Source: Mobula birostris
Taxonomy: Eukaryota
Assembly: GCF_030028105.1 (NCBI RefSeq)
Contig: NC_092402.1
Coordinates: 35,262,843 to 35,326,842 of the forward strand
Length of the DNA: 64,000 nucleotides
Direction: 5' to 3'
In this document: positions 63,523 through 64,000 of the stretch, piece by piece
Position numbering within the stretch: position 1 is the stretch's first letter
How the letters are laid out: every line of letters begins with the position of its first letter
Notes under the pieces: generated by a model
What the model was told of the DNA's origin: nothing
Database searches by the model: none
The model's input: the letters and a program-made list of their open reading frames with translations, nothing else
Translations under genes and position numbers: made by a program

Positions 63523-64000
63523 CAAGGTGGATGTTGCTAATTTAATCATTTCAAGGAAAATCTGTTGAAATCCAATTTGGTATGAAATCTTCTTTACTTA
63601 TACCATACCAAAGTGCAAATTTTATTTTTCCTTGTGAAAGATAATGATTTTGTAGCTTCTTGAGCCAAATTTCATCATTACATCATCCCTCATTATTTAT
63701 GTAGCTTTCTGATGTGAGAAAGTACTTGGTATTTACTGCAGCTTTAACCAAAATACAATATTTGTTTGGTGAATATTCCCTGAGGATTCTTTTTATATGA
63801 AATGTGCAGTAATTCTGGAAAATAGATGTGAAATCTAATTTTTCAATTTTTCACTTTTGTCAGTCACTTGAATGAGGGGAAATTGTAACAGAACTAGTTT
63901 AAAACTTCAAAAGCAAACTTGTATTGTAATGAAGTGGTCGAGTCTTACCATGTTGGTCAAATTCCAAAAAAAACAATCAAAAATCATCATTACCAGATGT

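Noticed and set aside
1-64000. CRISPR arrays, rRNA genes or prokaryotic operons
   Set aside because: No regularly spaced repeat-spacer array or rRNA-like sequence was seen; the DNA is vertebrate, with spliceosomal introns.

Overview
Repeat-rich vertebrate genomic DNA, probably from a cartilaginous fish (ray/skate). The taxon is inferred from an HE1/V-SINE-type SINE together with CR1, Rex1/Babar, Penelope, HERO and Tc1 remnants. Two host genes are recognisable: a four-exon TMEM101 (51508-59169, +) and an unnamed type-I membrane leucine-rich-repeat (LRR) gene with a single coding exon. The LRR gene is present twice (18853-19920 and 29000-30067) because of a near-perfect ~10.15 kb head-to-tail tandem duplication (18192-28340 / 28339-38492, 2-bp GT microhomology at the junction). 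The duplication begins downstream of the gene's apparent TATA/Inr promoter and non-coding first exon (16585-16654). It ends inside the gag of a Gmr1-like Gypsy retrotransposon. Copy 2 has therefore lost the native promoter, sits ~1 kb downstream of a co-oriented LTR, and lies inside a three-LTR composite bounded by a CATT target-site duplication (TSD). Other notable structure includes multi-level nested transposon insertions with readable TSDs, two solo LTRs, and short Penelope-derived fold-back elements carrying minimal hammerhead ribozyme motifs. All comparisons were made by eye, with no database searches.
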